Assembly (NCBI GenBank): GCA_046598945.1 | Contig: JBKJHT010000100.1 | Span: forward strand, 1 to 61,944 | Length of the DNA stretch: 61,944 nt | Source of the DNA: Burkholderiales bacterium | Lineage (GTDB): Bacteria; Pseudomonadota; Gammaproteobacteria; Burkholderiales; JALYOK01 | Direction of reading: 5' to 3' | In this document: positions 30,151 to 38,588 of the stretch, piece after piece | Position numbering within the stretch: position 1 is the stretch's first letter | How the letters are laid out: every line of letters starts with the position of its first letter | Made by a program: the position numbers and the translations under genes | The notes under the pieces: model-generated | Databases searched by the model: none | Told to the model about the DNA's origin: nothing | What the model saw: only the letters and a program-made list of their open reading frames with translations

Positions 30151-31206
30151 TCAGAAATTATCCATGCGGCCGGGGTTCAAAATACCGCGCGGATCGAACT
30201 CGGTTTTGAGGCGGCGATGCAGGGTCGCGATAGCGGGTGCAAGCGGGTGAAACACGGCGCCGACGCCACGCTCCTGACGAAAACGAGTCGCGTGGCCGCC
30301 GATCTTGGCGACCGTATTGCGAATTTTTTCGTGTGGTTCATCGCTCAGTAGCCAACGCTGTGCACCGCCCCATTCGATGAGTTGCTTACCGGCTAGCGCT
30401 ATCGGCGTGGCGACGGACGGAACGGACAATCGCCATAGCGGCAAAGCGGACTTGAAAAAGTCTGCGCTTTGTTCCCGAATGCTGTTCCAAAACTCATTTG
30501 GGCTCGATACTACTTCGCCGCCAAGCTTTTTTAATGCCGCGGCCACTGCGCTAGATGTGCCAGAGAGCCGCACCCAGAGCCGTTCTCCAGCATGGCATGT
30601 GGCGGAAAGCGGTAGCGGTTGCGCCGCCCAGCGATTGATCTGGTCGATGGCTTTGTCGGCGGTGATGTCGAATGCGATGGTTTGTTCCGTCACCGGCAGC
30701 GGTAGAATTTTGAAAGAGATTTCGGTGATGACACCCAGTGTGCCCAACGCGCCGGTGATCAAACGCGAGACATCGTAGCCCGCGACATTTTTAATGACTT
30801 TGCCGCCGAACTTGAGATCGCGGCCGAGCCCATCGACGATGCGCACACCCAAAACGAAATCGCGAACCGAGCCGCGGTAGGCTCGAGCCGGCCCCGAGAG
30901 TCCCGCGGCCACGCAGCCGCCAATGGTAGCGCCCTCACCGAAATGGGGCGGCTCGAACGGCAGCATTTGTCCGCGCTCGGCAAGCGCGGCTTCGAGTTCG
31001 CGTAACGGCGTTCCCGCGCGCACCGAAATCACCAGCTCGCTCGGTTCGTATTCGACGATGCCCTGATAGAGCTTCACGTCGAGCACTTCGCCGCTGACCG
31101 GTTGACCATAGAACGCTTTGCTGTTTCCGCCAACGATGCGTAAAGGCGTTTGTTCTTCCGCAGCGGCACGGGTGCGCTCCACCAGCTGCGCGTGGTTGTT
31201 TTCCAT
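30151..31206 (-). CDS. glcE: Glycolate oxidase FAD-binding subunit
   Basis: EPPHFG, GGKVIKNVAGYDVSR, EWGGAQRW and FDPRGILNPG. Confidence 0.96.
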   Translation of the reverse strand: MENNHAQLVERTRAAAEEQTPLRIVGGNSKAFYGQPVSGEVLDVKLYQGIVEYEPSELVISVRAGTPLRELEAALAERGQMLPFEPPHFGEGATIGGCVAAGLSGPARAYRGSVRDFVLGVRIVDGLGRDLKFGGKVIKNVAGYDVSRLITGALGTLGVITEISFKILPLPVTEQTIAFDITADKAIDQINRWAAQPLPLSATCHAGERLWVRLSGTSSAVAAALKKLGGEVVSSPNEFWNSIREQSADFFKSALPLWRLSVPSVATPIALAGKQLIEWGGAQRWLLSDEPHEKIRNTVAKIGGHATRFRQERGVGAVFHPLAPAIATLHRRLKTEFDPRGILNPGRMDNF

Positions 31207-31216
31207 GGACTAAAAC

Positions 31217-32719
31217 CTAGAAGCGGGGAATGTCGGGGAACTTGACTCGACCTTCGTGGACATGCATGCGGCCATACTCTGCGCAGCGATGTAAACTGGG
31301 AACGGCCTTGCCAGGATTAAGTAAACCCTTTTTATCGAAGGCGGCTTTGATGCCATGAAAGCGTTCGCGCTCGTTGTCGGTGAACTGCGTGCACATCTGA
31401 TTGATTTTCTCGATGCCAACACCGTGTTCGCCGGTAATGGTGCCGCCGACTTCAACACATAATTCCAAGATGTCGGACGCGAGTTTTTCGGTCTTTTGCA
31501 GATCACCCTCTTTGGCGGAGTCGAACAGAATCAGCGGATGTAAATTGCCGTCACCCGCGTGGAATACATTCGCGACGGCGAGGCCGGCGATTTCGGTGAG
31601 TTCGTAGATACGGCGTAAAACGAAAGGCAAAGTTTTGCGTGGTATGGTGCCGTCGATACAGTAGTAATCGGGCGAGATGCGGCCGACAGCGGGGAACGCG
31701 GCTTTACGACCCGCCCAAAATTTAAGCCGTTGCGCCTCGTCTTGCGAGAAGCGCACTTCGGTCGCGCCGCTTTGCTCGAGGATTTCTTTCATGCGCGCCA
31801 TTTCGTCGGCGACTTCTTCCGTTGTGCCGTCGGATTCGCACAACAAAATCGCTTCGGCGTCGCGCGGATAGTTAGCGTGGACGTAATCTTCCGCTGCGCG
31901 AATCGCCGGTTTGTCCATCATTTCCAACCCGGCAGGAATGATGCCTCCGGCAATAATATTGCCGACGGCGGCGCCGGCTTTTTCCACATCGTCGAACGCG
32001 GCGAGGATCGCTTGTGCACGCTCCGGCTTGGGTAGCAATTTAACAGTGATTTCGGTGGTGACGGCGAGCATGCCTTCCGAGCCGGTGAGCAGCGCAAGTA
32101 AGTCGTAACCAGGCGCATCGAGCGCTTCCGAGCCAATCTCAAGCACTTCGCCCTCGATGGTGATAGCGCGAATCTTGAGGATGTTGTGCACGGTCAATCC
32201 GTATTTCAAACAATGCACGCCACCGGAATTTTCCGCGACATTGCCACCGATGGAGCAGGCAATTTGGCTCGACGGGTCCGGAGCGTAATAAAGACCATAG
32301 GGCGCAACGGCTTCGGAAATTGCAAGGTTGCGTACGCCCGGTTGCACGCGGGCAAGTCGCGCCACTGGATCGATGGAGAGGATGCGCATGAACTTAGTCA
32401 TCGACAGCAACACGCCTTGGGCGTGGGGCAGGGCGCCGCCGGAGAGGCCGGTGCCCTGACCGCGCGCGACCACGGGCACGTTGATCTCGTAGCAAAGTTT
32501 GAGCACCTGCTGAACCTGCTCTTCTGTCTCCGGTAGAGCGACAATCAACGGTAGTTGGCGATACACTGACAGGCCGTCAGTCTCGTAGGGCCTCATGTCT
32601 TCGGTGGCGGACAGAACATTAGCTTCGGGCAAAATAGCTTTTAACTTCGCGACCAGCGCGTCTTTTTCGAGAAGCGGGGTAAATGTTTCGAGTTTGCCCA
32701 TGATACGATGCGCAAACAT
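31217..32719 (-). CDS. glcD: Glycolate oxidase subunit GlcD (start may be ATG 32701)
   Basis: PDPSSQIACSIGGN, HAGDGNLHP and GEHGVG. Confidence 0.95.
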   Translation of the reverse strand: MFAHRIMGKLETFTPLLEKDALVAKLKAILPEANVLSATEDMRPYETDGLSVYRQLPLIVALPETEEQVQQVLKLCYEINVPVVARGQGTGLSGGALPHAQGVLLSMTKFMRILSIDPVARLARVQPGVRNLAISEAVAPYGLYYAPDPSSQIACSIGGNVAENSGGVHCLKYGLTVHNILKIRAITIEGEVLEIGSEALDAPGYDLLALLTGSEGMLAVTTEITVKLLPKPERAQAILAAFDDVEKAGAAVGNIIAGGIIPAGLEMMDKPAIRAAEDYVHANYPRDAEAILLCESDGTTEEVADEMARMKEILEQSGATEVRFSQDEAQRLKFWAGRKAAFPAVGRISPDYYCIDGTIPRKTLPFVLRRIYELTEIAGLAVANVFHAGDGNLHPLILFDSAKEGDLQKTEKLASDILELCVEVGGTITGEHGVGIEKINQMCTQFTDNERERFHGIKAAFDKKGLLNPGKAVPSLHRCAEYGRMHVHEGRVKFPDIPRF

Positions 32720-32772
32720 CGCGCTTGATGTTAATTAGTCCATTATTTTATCACATTCCCGAGTCCATTTTC

Positions 32773-33558
32773 ATGCCCAACTTCGCTGCAAACCTTTCCA
32801 TGATGTTTACTGAAGTGCCGTTTCTCGATCGCTTCAAAGCCGCGGCGCAGGTGGGTTTTCGCGCCGTGGAATTCTTGTTTCCCTATCAACATGCGGCGAT
32901 TGAAATCGCGACGCGCTTGCAAGAAAATAACTTGACGCAAGCGTTGTTTAATTTGCCGCCGGGCGATTGGGAGAAGGGCGAACGTGGTCAGGGAATTTTG
33001 CCCGGCCGCGAGCAAGCATTCGCGGATTCGCTGGAGCTCGCCATCAACTACGCCAAGGCCCTCAAGTGCGAGCAGGTTCACGTTATGGCGGGCATCGCGC
33101 CGCACGGCGTGGCGCGCGAAACGCTGAATGATATTTTCATTTCAAATTTACGCCATACAGCGGCGCGTCTGGCGCAGGAAAACATTCGCGCATTAATCGA
33201 GCCGATCAACTATTACGACATCCCCGGATATTTTCTGAACACCCAAGCGCAAGCGCGCGACATCATCGAACGAGTGGGCAGCGACAATTTATTTTTGCAG
33301 CAAGACCTCTACCACTGTCAAATCATGGAAGGCCATCTGGCGCAGAAGATCAAAGATTATCGCGACATTGCGCGCCACTATCAGATCGCCGGCACGCCGG
33401 GACGGCATGAGCCGGATGTAGGCGAAATCAACTATCCGTTTCTGTTCGATCTCATCGATGAATTGGGCTACGGCGGGTACGTCGGTTGCGAATATCGTCC
33501 CAAAGGCGAGACGCGCGCCGGCCTCGGTTGGGCCGCGCAGTACGGCATTAAGATATGA
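32773..33558 (+). CDS. Hydroxypyruvate isomerase family protein (Hyi/OtnI-like)
   Basis: MPNFAANLSMMF, LIEPIN, DLYHCQIMEG, PGRHEP and GCEY. Confidence 0.9.
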   Translation: MPNFAANLSMMFTEVPFLDRFKAAAQVGFRAVEFLFPYQHAAIEIATRLQENNLTQALFNLPPGDWEKGERGQGILPGREQAFADSLELAINYAKALKCEQVHVMAGIAPHGVARETLNDIFISNLRHTAARLAQENIRALIEPINYYDIPGYFLNTQAQARDIIERVGSDNLFLQQDLYHCQIMEGHLAQKIKDYRDIARHYQIAGTPGRHEPDVGEINYPFLFDLIDELGYGGYVGCEYRPKGETRAGLGWAAQYGIKI

Positions 33559-33560
33559 TC

Positions 33561-33662
33561 GATGCCTGCAGAGGCGCATGGATGCCGGGTGGCCTAGGGC
33601 CATTGGCTTATGGCTACGGCATTGCCACGAGGTAAGCTAGGCGCGGTGCTTGGCATGGCCTA
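33561..33662. repeat. Mosaic repeat copy (GCATGGCC/CTAGG family)
   Basis: Contains GGCCTAGGGCCATTG, GCCACGAGG and GGCATGGCC modules shared with the 12.3-kb and 27.3-kb clusters. Confidence 0.65.
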
Positions 33663-33704
33663 TTTTTGAGTCCGTTTTCGTCTCGCTTGCCGTATACTAT
33701 TGGC

Positions 33705-34460
33705 ATGCTGAATCAGAATCTTACGCAATGGTTTCAGGGCCCGCTCGGCGCTTATGTGATGGCGCGCGAGCAGGCTTATTTCGACGAAGTCGTCGCGGAT
33801 ATTTTCGGATTTAACGCGCTGCAGTTTGGGTTGCCGGCGTACGATTTATTGCGTGCGAGTCGGATGCCGTTTAAGTTCAGTGCCGGGCTCGAGCCGGGTG
33901 TGACATTGCGCGCCGCAGGCGAGGCGTTGCCGGTGGCAACGCAGAGTATGGATCTGGTCGTGTTGCCACATGTGTTGGAATTTGCCGCCGAGCCCCATCA
34001 GATTTTGCGCGAAGTAGATCGAGTGATGATGCCGGAAGGACGATTGATTATCGTCGGGTTTAATCCTTGGAGTTTGTGGGGTTTGCGTCAGGCATTTGGT
34101 TTTCAGGAAAGCTCGTTGCCTTGGAGCGGGCATTTTGTTTCCCTGGTGCGTTTGAAGGATTGGCTGTCTTTGCTTGGTTTCGATGTCTCGGCGGGACGCT
34201 TGGCTTGTTATGCGCCGCCGTTTGTGAATGAAAAATGGCTAGCGCGCTTTGATTTCATGGAACGCGCCGGCGACCGCTGGTGGGGTGTGGCCGGTGGCGT
34301 GTATATGTTGCAGGCGATTAAACGCGTGCAGGGCATGCGCTTGATTACGCCCAAGTGGGCGACGCGTCCGGCGCGGCCGAGTATGGCGCAGGCGGCGCAG
34401 CGGGCGGCGCGCGTTACCACCGGTTTGTCGGATAATGTGATCCCACTACGAAAAGAATAA
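33705..34460 (+). CDS. Class I SAM-dependent methyltransferase-like protein (YafS-like)
   Basis: LPHVLEF, ILREVDRV..PEG, GFNPWSLWG and RLKDWL; canonical position before rnhA; start chosen at ATG 33705. Confidence 0.88.
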   Translation: MLNQNLTQWFQGPLGAYVMAREQAYFDEVVADIFGFNALQFGLPAYDLLRASRMPFKFSAGLEPGVTLRAAGEALPVATQSMDLVVLPHVLEFAAEPHQILREVDRVMMPEGRLIIVGFNPWSLWGLRQAFGFQESSLPWSGHFVSLVRLKDWLSLLGFDVSAGRLACYAPPFVNEKWLARFDFMERAGDRWWGVAGGVYMLQAIKRVQGMRLITPKWATRPARPSMAQAAQRAARVTTGLSDNVIPLRKE

Positions 34461-34469
34461 TAATGATGG

Positions 34470-34916
34470 GTGAGAGAAATTTCTAACGACACGATTGATA
34501 TATTTTCCGATGGCGCATGCAAGGGCAATCCCGGACCGGGCGGTTGGGGTGCGGTGTTGCGTTTTAGCGATCATGAAAAAGAAATTCACGGCGGCGAGGC
34601 GCTGACGACCAACAACCGCATGGAGATGATGGCGGTGATTGAGGCGTTGGGGCAATTGTCGGGGCCGAGTAGAGTACGGGTTTTCACCGATTCGCAATAC
34701 GTGCAAAAGGGCATCAGCGAGTGGCTGCCGGGCTGGAAGGCGCGCCGCTGGCGCACCGCGGCCAATCAACCGGTGAAGAACGTCGATCTGTGGCAGCGCA
34801 TGGATGCGCTTGCCGCGCAACATCAAATCCAATGGCTATGGGTCAAGGGCCACGCGGGACATCCGGAGAACGAGCGCGCCGACGCCCTCGCTAATCGCGG
34901 CATCGGCAAGGCGTAA
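34470..34916 (+). CDS. rnhA: Ribonuclease HI
   Basis: [24 protein letters not shown] and [15 protein letters not shown]. Confidence 0.98.
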   Translation: MREISNDTIDIFSDGACKGNPGPGGWGAVLRFSDHEKEIHGGEALTTNNRMEMMAVIEALGQLSGPSRVRVFTDSQYVQKGISEWLPGWKARRWRTAANQPVKNVDLWQRMDALAAQHQIQWLWVKGHAGHPENERADALANRGIGKA

Positions 34917-34918
34917 CC

Positions 34919-35623
34919 ATGCGGCAAATTATTCTTGATACCGAAACGACCGGTCTTGATCCGACCCAGGGTCATCGCATCATTGAAATCGCCGGCGTTG
35001 AAGTGCTCAGCCGACGCATGACCGGCAATCACTTCCATCGCTATCTCAATCCAGAACGCAAAAGCGATGCAGCGGCGAAGCAAGTGCACGGCATCGAGGA
35101 CGAATTTTTGCTCGACAAGACGAAGTTCGCCGAGATTGCAAAAGAATTCATCGACTATATTTTCGGCGCGGAACTGATCATACACAACGCGCCGTTCGAT
35201 TTGGGATTTCTGAATAATGAACTCGGTCTGGCCGGGTTTAAGACGGTGCAGGATTACGTCGCCGGCGTGACCGATACCTTGGTTGTGGCCAAGGAACTCC
35301 ACCCCGGCAAGCGCAACAACTTGAATGCGCTATGTGATCGCTACCAGGTCGATAACAGCAAACGCACGCTGCACGGCGCCTTGCTCGACGCGGAGTTGCT
35401 CGGCGAAGTCTATCTTGCCATGACCCGTGGCCAAGAGAGCTTGATCATGGATTTAGAGGCGCCGCCACCGTCGGACGCCGATGGCGAAGCCGTCGAGCAG
35501 CAACATAATCTAGTCGTTCAGTACGCGACGAACGAAGAAATGGCCGCACACGACAAGGTATTGGCCAATATTGGCAAAGAAAGTAAAGGAAGCGCGTTAT
35601 GGCAGCAATTGACGAGTGCTTAG
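34919..35623 (+). CDS. dnaQ: DNA polymerase III epsilon subunit
   Basis: LDTETTG, HNAPFD and HGALLDA. Confidence 0.98.
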   Translation: MRQIILDTETTGLDPTQGHRIIEIAGVEVLSRRMTGNHFHRYLNPERKSDAAAKQVHGIEDEFLLDKTKFAEIAKEFIDYIFGAELIIHNAPFDLGFLNNELGLAGFKTVQDYVAGVTDTLVVAKELHPGKRNNLNALCDRYQVDNSKRTLHGALLDAELLGEVYLAMTRGQESLIMDLEAPPPSDADGEAVEQQHNLVVQYATNEEMAAHDKVLANIGKESKGSALWQQLTSA

Positions 35624-37602
35624 CACCGCTGTTTCGCATCGGTCTGTTGATCCTGTCTTTGATCGCGTCGAGTTCTGTCCCGGCGGCAGATGAAGTCGCG
35701 ATGGCCGATCCCACCGAGCGGGATTTCCTCAGCGACATGCCGGTGGTGTTGTCCGTGTCGCGACTGGCGCAGCCGTTGCCCGAGGCGCCCGGCGCGATTA
35801 CCGTGATTGACCGCGAGATGATTCGGGCCTCGGGGTTTCATGAGTTGCCCGATGTGTTGCGCCTCGTACCCGGCTTTTTAGTGGGACATTTGACTGGCGG
35901 AATTACCACGGTGAACTATCACGCCCTGGCGGAAGACAACTCGCGACGTATGCAAGTATTGGTCGATGGGCGCTCGGTCTACACGCCGAGTTTCGGCGGC
36001 GTGGATTGGGCGAATCTGCCGATCGCCCTGGAAGACGTCGATCGCATCGAGGTGATACGCGGACCAAACGGGGCAACCTTCGGCGCCAATGCATTTCTTG
36101 CCACCATCAACATCATCACGCGGCATCCGTCCCAGGATGAAGGCGCGGCGATGGCCTTCTCGGCAGGCCAGGAAGATTTGCGCGTCGGCTACGTGCGTTT
36201 CGGCAAAACCATCGGCAATCTTGACTTTAGAGTCAGTGCCCGGTACCAGGAAGACGCCGGATTGGGTTCGTTACCGGACGACAAAGATATTGCACTGATC
36301 AATAGCCGATTATCCTATCGGCTGGGTAACCGCGACGCCCTCGATTTTCAGTTCGGTGTGAATCACAGCAACGCCGAATTCGGTTCGACCACCAATCCAA
36401 CGAATGCCGTCAGGCCGATACGCGCCAAGGGCGCATTCGCGCAACTGAAATGGCGTCACGAATTATCCGATGAGAGTGAACTTTCACTGCAGTTTTATCA
36501 CACCCAGCGCGATGTCAAAGATGAGTTTCAGTTCATTGTTCCGCTGGCGGCCAGGCCCCTCATTGGCCTGAGCGAGTTGACCCTCGGGCTTAGCTACGAG
36601 GAACAACGGGACAATATTGAGTTCCAGCATTCAACGCGATTGCGCGACGACCTGCGTATCGTGTGGGGCGCGGAAGGGCGGCGTGATGCGGTGCATTCAA
36701 TGCGTCTGTACGGAACCGATAAGGATTTGACGAGCACGCTGGCACGCCTGTTTGGCAACGCCGAATGGCGGATCACGCCAAAATGGTTGGCGAATGTTGG
36801 GCTGATGACCGAGCGTTCCAGCATTACCGGGACGGCATTCTCGCCGCGCCTGGCGATAAATTATTTATTCATGCCGGATCACACGCTCCGGGCAAGTGCG
36901 TCCAGCGGCAAACGCACACCGCTGGTGACCGAAGAAAAGGCCGACTACTATTTTCGTACGCCGATTTTTTTCGACCAAGTGTGGCGCGCCAAAGGCGATC
37001 TGCGCGCCGAGACCATTCACTCAGTCGAATTTGGCTACCTGGGGCGCCTTTGGGATGGCCGCGTGGTTTGGGATAGTCGGGTGTATCGCGATCAGTTGCG
37101 CGATTTGATTACGGTATTCCGCGACCCGACCAAAGAAAATATCATCCCACAACAACAGGGTTGGCTTACTTGGGAAAATGCCGAAGACGTGTTAGTTACC
37201 GGCCTGGAAACCCAGGTGCAGGCGCGTTTGCGCACCGATACGCGCATCGTGCTCAATCACGCCTATACACGCATCAAGGCGAGCAATGTGCGATCTAGCT
37301 TGGATCTAGCTGAAACCGGCCCGCGCCACTCGGCGAGCGCGTTGCTGATTCAATCCTTACCGAAAAATTTCGATGTCAGCCTGGGGATTTATTACCTGGG
37401 CCCCATGCGCTGGGCCGGCAGCGGCGATCTGATTCCGAGTTATACGCGTTTCGATTTGCGAGTCGCCCATCGTTTCAAGTTCGGCGCGGCCAATGCGGAG
37501 ATTGCCGCCGGCGTGCAAAATTTGACCGGTGAGTATGTCGATTTTAACGACGTTAATATTCTAAGCCGTCGCGCCTATTTGAGCGTTGCGGCAGAGTTTT
37601 GA
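35599..37602 (+). CDS. TonB-dependent receptor (plug and barrel); start uncertain
   Basis: Plug motifs DVLRLVPG, VLVDGR and RIEVIRGP; GVQNL; terminal Phe. Confidence 0.92.
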   Translation: MAAIDECLAPLFRIGLLILSLIASSSVPAADEVAMADPTERDFLSDMPVVLSVSRLAQPLPEAPGAITVIDREMIRASGFHELPDVLRLVPGFLVGHLTGGITTVNYHALAEDNSRRMQVLVDGRSVYTPSFGGVDWANLPIALEDVDRIEVIRGPNGATFGANAFLATINIITRHPSQDEGAAMAFSAGQEDLRVGYVRFGKTIGNLDFRVSARYQEDAGLGSLPDDKDIALINSRLSYRLGNRDALDFQFGVNHSNAEFGSTTNPTNAVRPIRAKGAFAQLKWRHELSDESELSLQFYHTQRDVKDEFQFIVPLAARPLIGLSELTLGLSYEEQRDNIEFQHSTRLRDDLRIVWGAEGRRDAVHSMRLYGTDKDLTSTLARLFGNAEWRITPKWLANVGLMTERSSITGTAFSPRLAINYLFMPDHTLRASASSGKRTPLVTEEKADYYFRTPIFFDQVWRAKGDLRAETIHSVEFGYLGRLWDGRVVWDSRVYRDQLRDLITVFRDPTKENIIPQQQGWLTWENAEDVLVTGLETQVQARLRTDTRIVLNHAYTRIKASNVRSSLDLAETGPRHSASALLIQSLPKNFDVSLGIYYLGPMRWAGSGDLIPSYTRFDLRVAHRFKFGAANAEIAAGVQNLTGEYVDFNDVNILSRRAYLSVAAEF

Positions 37603-38588
37603 TTTTTAAGACTGGTAATGCGAAGTCTATGAGACTGGCGTTAATCGCTACCGTGGAGACCGTCCGCGCATTGGGTTTGTGCGGGGTGCTGAGTGTGTTC
37701 GTCCATTCCGCGGCGGCGCACAATATCGCCATTGTTATCAGTGAGGAAACGTCGGCGTACATCGAGATCGCCGATGGTGTGCGGCACACGGTTGAGAACC
37801 ATGGCCAAAATGCGCTGAAGATCATTGCCATTCCCGCGCAGCGGCTGATCGGCGGCGAAACCGACATATTCAGGACCGATTTCTATAGTTTGGTGGTGAC
37901 GGTGGGCGCCCATGCCGCGAACTTGGTGGCGAAGACCGAGGTCCAAGCGCCGGTGTTGAATACGCTTATCCCGCGCGCGTTGTACGAGCGCTTGGCGACG
38001 CGTGATGGTCAGAACTCGGCGATCTACCTCGATCAACCGTTAACGCGGCGATTGGAATTGGCGCGAATTGTGTTGCCGGGGAAAACGCGCCTGTGCGTTG
38101 TGTACGGTCCGCAATCGCGGGCTTACATTGCGGAATTGGAGCGGCTGGCAACGGCCAAGGGATATAGCGTTGTGGCGGAAATGGTGGATCGCGCCGACGA
38201 TTTGGGCCCGGTGCTGCAGCGCTCTTTGTCGCGCTGCGAGTTTTTGTTCGCACTGCCGGACGCCGATATTTTTAACCGCAACACCATCCAACAAATTTTG
38301 CTGACCAGTTATCACTCGAACGCTCCGGTGATTGCGTTTTCCGCGGCCCATGTCAAGTCGGGCGCGCTTGCCGCGGTGTTTACCTCGCCAGACCAGGTTG
38401 CACGACACACGGCCGAGGTGATATTGAAGTTGCATACCGATGGCAAGTTTACGCTGCCGCCGCCGCAGTTTCCGCTGTATTGGAGCGTCAGCGTCAATCG
38501 CCAAGTCGCCCGCTCTTTGGGGCTGGTGATCAGCGATGATAAGGAACTTCAGACAAAGCTTAGTAAGGTGCCGGAGGAAGTGCAATGA
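37599..38588 (+). CDS. Periplasmic ABC-transporter substrate-binding-like protein with no adjacent permease or ATPase
   Basis: Hydrophobic N-terminus; VVTVG, IYLDQP, LFALPD..IFN, VKSGALAA and VNRQVARSLG resemble the ABC_sub_bind-type fold. Alternative ATG at 37629. Confidence 0.78.
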   Translation: MIFKTGNAKSMRLALIATVETVRALGLCGVLSVFVHSAAAHNIAIVISEETSAYIEIADGVRHTVENHGQNALKIIAIPAQRLIGGETDIFRTDFYSLVVTVGAHAANLVAKTEVQAPVLNTLIPRALYERLATRDGQNSAIYLDQPLTRRLELARIVLPGKTRLCVVYGPQSRAYIAELERLATAKGYSVVAEMVDRADDLGPVLQRSLSRCEFLFALPDADIFNRNTIQQILLTSYHSNAPVIAFSAAHVKSGALAAVFTSPDQVARHTAEVILKLHTDGKFTLPPPQFPLYWSVSVNRQVARSLGLVISDDKELQTKLSKVPEEVQ

